Shown here piece by piece: positions 19,205-20,000 of a stretch of 20,000 nt of DNA. The translations under genes were made by a program, and so were the position numbers. Position 1 is the stretch's first letter; every line of letters begins with the position of its first letter. The notes beneath the pieces are model-generated. The model was not told the DNA's origin. It was given only the letters and a program-made list of their open reading frames with translations, and ran no database searches. Origin of the DNA: Pachysolen tannophilus NRRL Y-2460 (taxonomy: Eukaryota); NCBI GenBank assembly GCA_001661245.1, contig KV454018.1:548144-568143 (forward strand), read 5' to 3'.

Positions 19205-19564
19205 ATGATGACAACAATAGCTTGTTTTAATATGTAATAAATATATAATTGGTGTCGCTTTTAACGCTTTTCCACCCCACTTTTGTCCATTTTTGTATTG
19301 GAGTTTAATTAAAGAAATTACATAGGATTAAAGCAAATTACAATTTAATTTAATTTTTTTTCATTCACAATATATTTTTTCAATATTTTTCATTTTGATT
19401 TGATAATTAAGAGACAAAAAAAAAAAAAAAACTAAAAATACAAAATATATAAGCATAGGTAAAAGAGATGATCACAAAAAAAAAAAAAATATAGTATAAA
19501 ACAAATTAAGGAAAGAAAATTAAAAAAAAAAAAAATAAAAAAAACCTGTATAATAAAAACTATG

Positions 19565-19569
<5 letters not shown>

Positions 19570-19605
<36 letters not shown>

Positions 19606-19622
19606 GAAATAATAGAAATAGA
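19570..19622 (+). repeat. (AAT)n microsatellite with degenerate AATAGA tail
   Basis: Direct inspection. Other microsatellites: (TA)n at ~6612-6680 (imperfect), 10175-10209, 11618-11642, 18623-18648, 19713-19734; (AAT)n ~16545-16564; poly-T ~19963-19990. Confidence 0.85.
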
Positions 19623-19959
19623 AAAAGCAGCAGTATAAAAAATAAAACTAAAAACCATTCTAGAATTAGACAAAGTAATCGATAACAAAACAGTTTCAAG
19701 AAGACAAGACATACATATATATATATATATATATGTTTATAAAACAACAACAAAAAAACAAAACAGCTCTTTGATTTGGAACATTAATTTTCTCAAAAAA
19801 ATTTTTTTTTTTTTTATTTTTTTTTTTTTTATTCCTTTCGTAGAAATCAATCAATCTTGAATTTGTAAGGTAATATCTATGCTGTGAGATAAAGCAAAAT
19901 GGTGGAATATCCTTTTCTCACTGTTCTTTTTCCTCTTTTTTTCTTTTTTTTTTTCTTTT

Positions 19960-19994
<35 letters not shown>

Positions 19995-20000
19995 AAAAAT

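Noticed and set aside
18387..19753. Short ORFs 18387-18608, 18657-18983, 18751-18996, 18788-19009, 19520-19753
   Set aside because: Composed of homopolymer, microsatellite or C-tract translations (poly-K/F/L, GKLG repeats); not protein-like.
1..20000. tRNA, rRNA, CRISPR array or point centromere (CDEI-II-III)
   Set aside because: By eye I saw no cloverleaf or A/B-box pair, rRNA-like sequence, repeat-spacer array, or RTCACRTG plus CDEIII arrangement. Small snoRNAs cannot be excluded without a covariance-model scan.

Overview
Very AT-rich budding-yeast (Saccharomycotina) nuclear DNA with microsatellite-rich intergenic regions and one assembly gap (39 N, 8923-8961). I find nine protein-coding genes. 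Six are in the ORF track: INP51, a TOS1/TOH1/PGA52-family GPI cell-wall protein, a divergent DFG5-like GH76, ADI1, EPS1 and YIA6/NDT1. Three spliced genes that the ORF track misses were reconstructed by hand, all on the minus strand: a 68-aa coiled-coil protein resembling YIL002W-A/CMI7 (1 intron), SNA2 (1 intron) and GIM4/prefoldin-2 (4 introns). SNA2 lies between two near-identical ~715-bp direct repeats, the second abutting the gap, which may be an assembly artefact. The order and orientation of INP51, CMI7, GIM4, EPS1 and YIA6 match the S. cerevisiae CEN9/CEN5-proximal block. I see no convincing new multi-gene system. The most unusual items are a GH76 with no GPI tail and an internal dibasic insert, the four-intron GIM4, the repeat-flanked SNA2, and hints of a non-standard CUG code. 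Gene names come from motifs and remembered homologue sequences, not from database searches.
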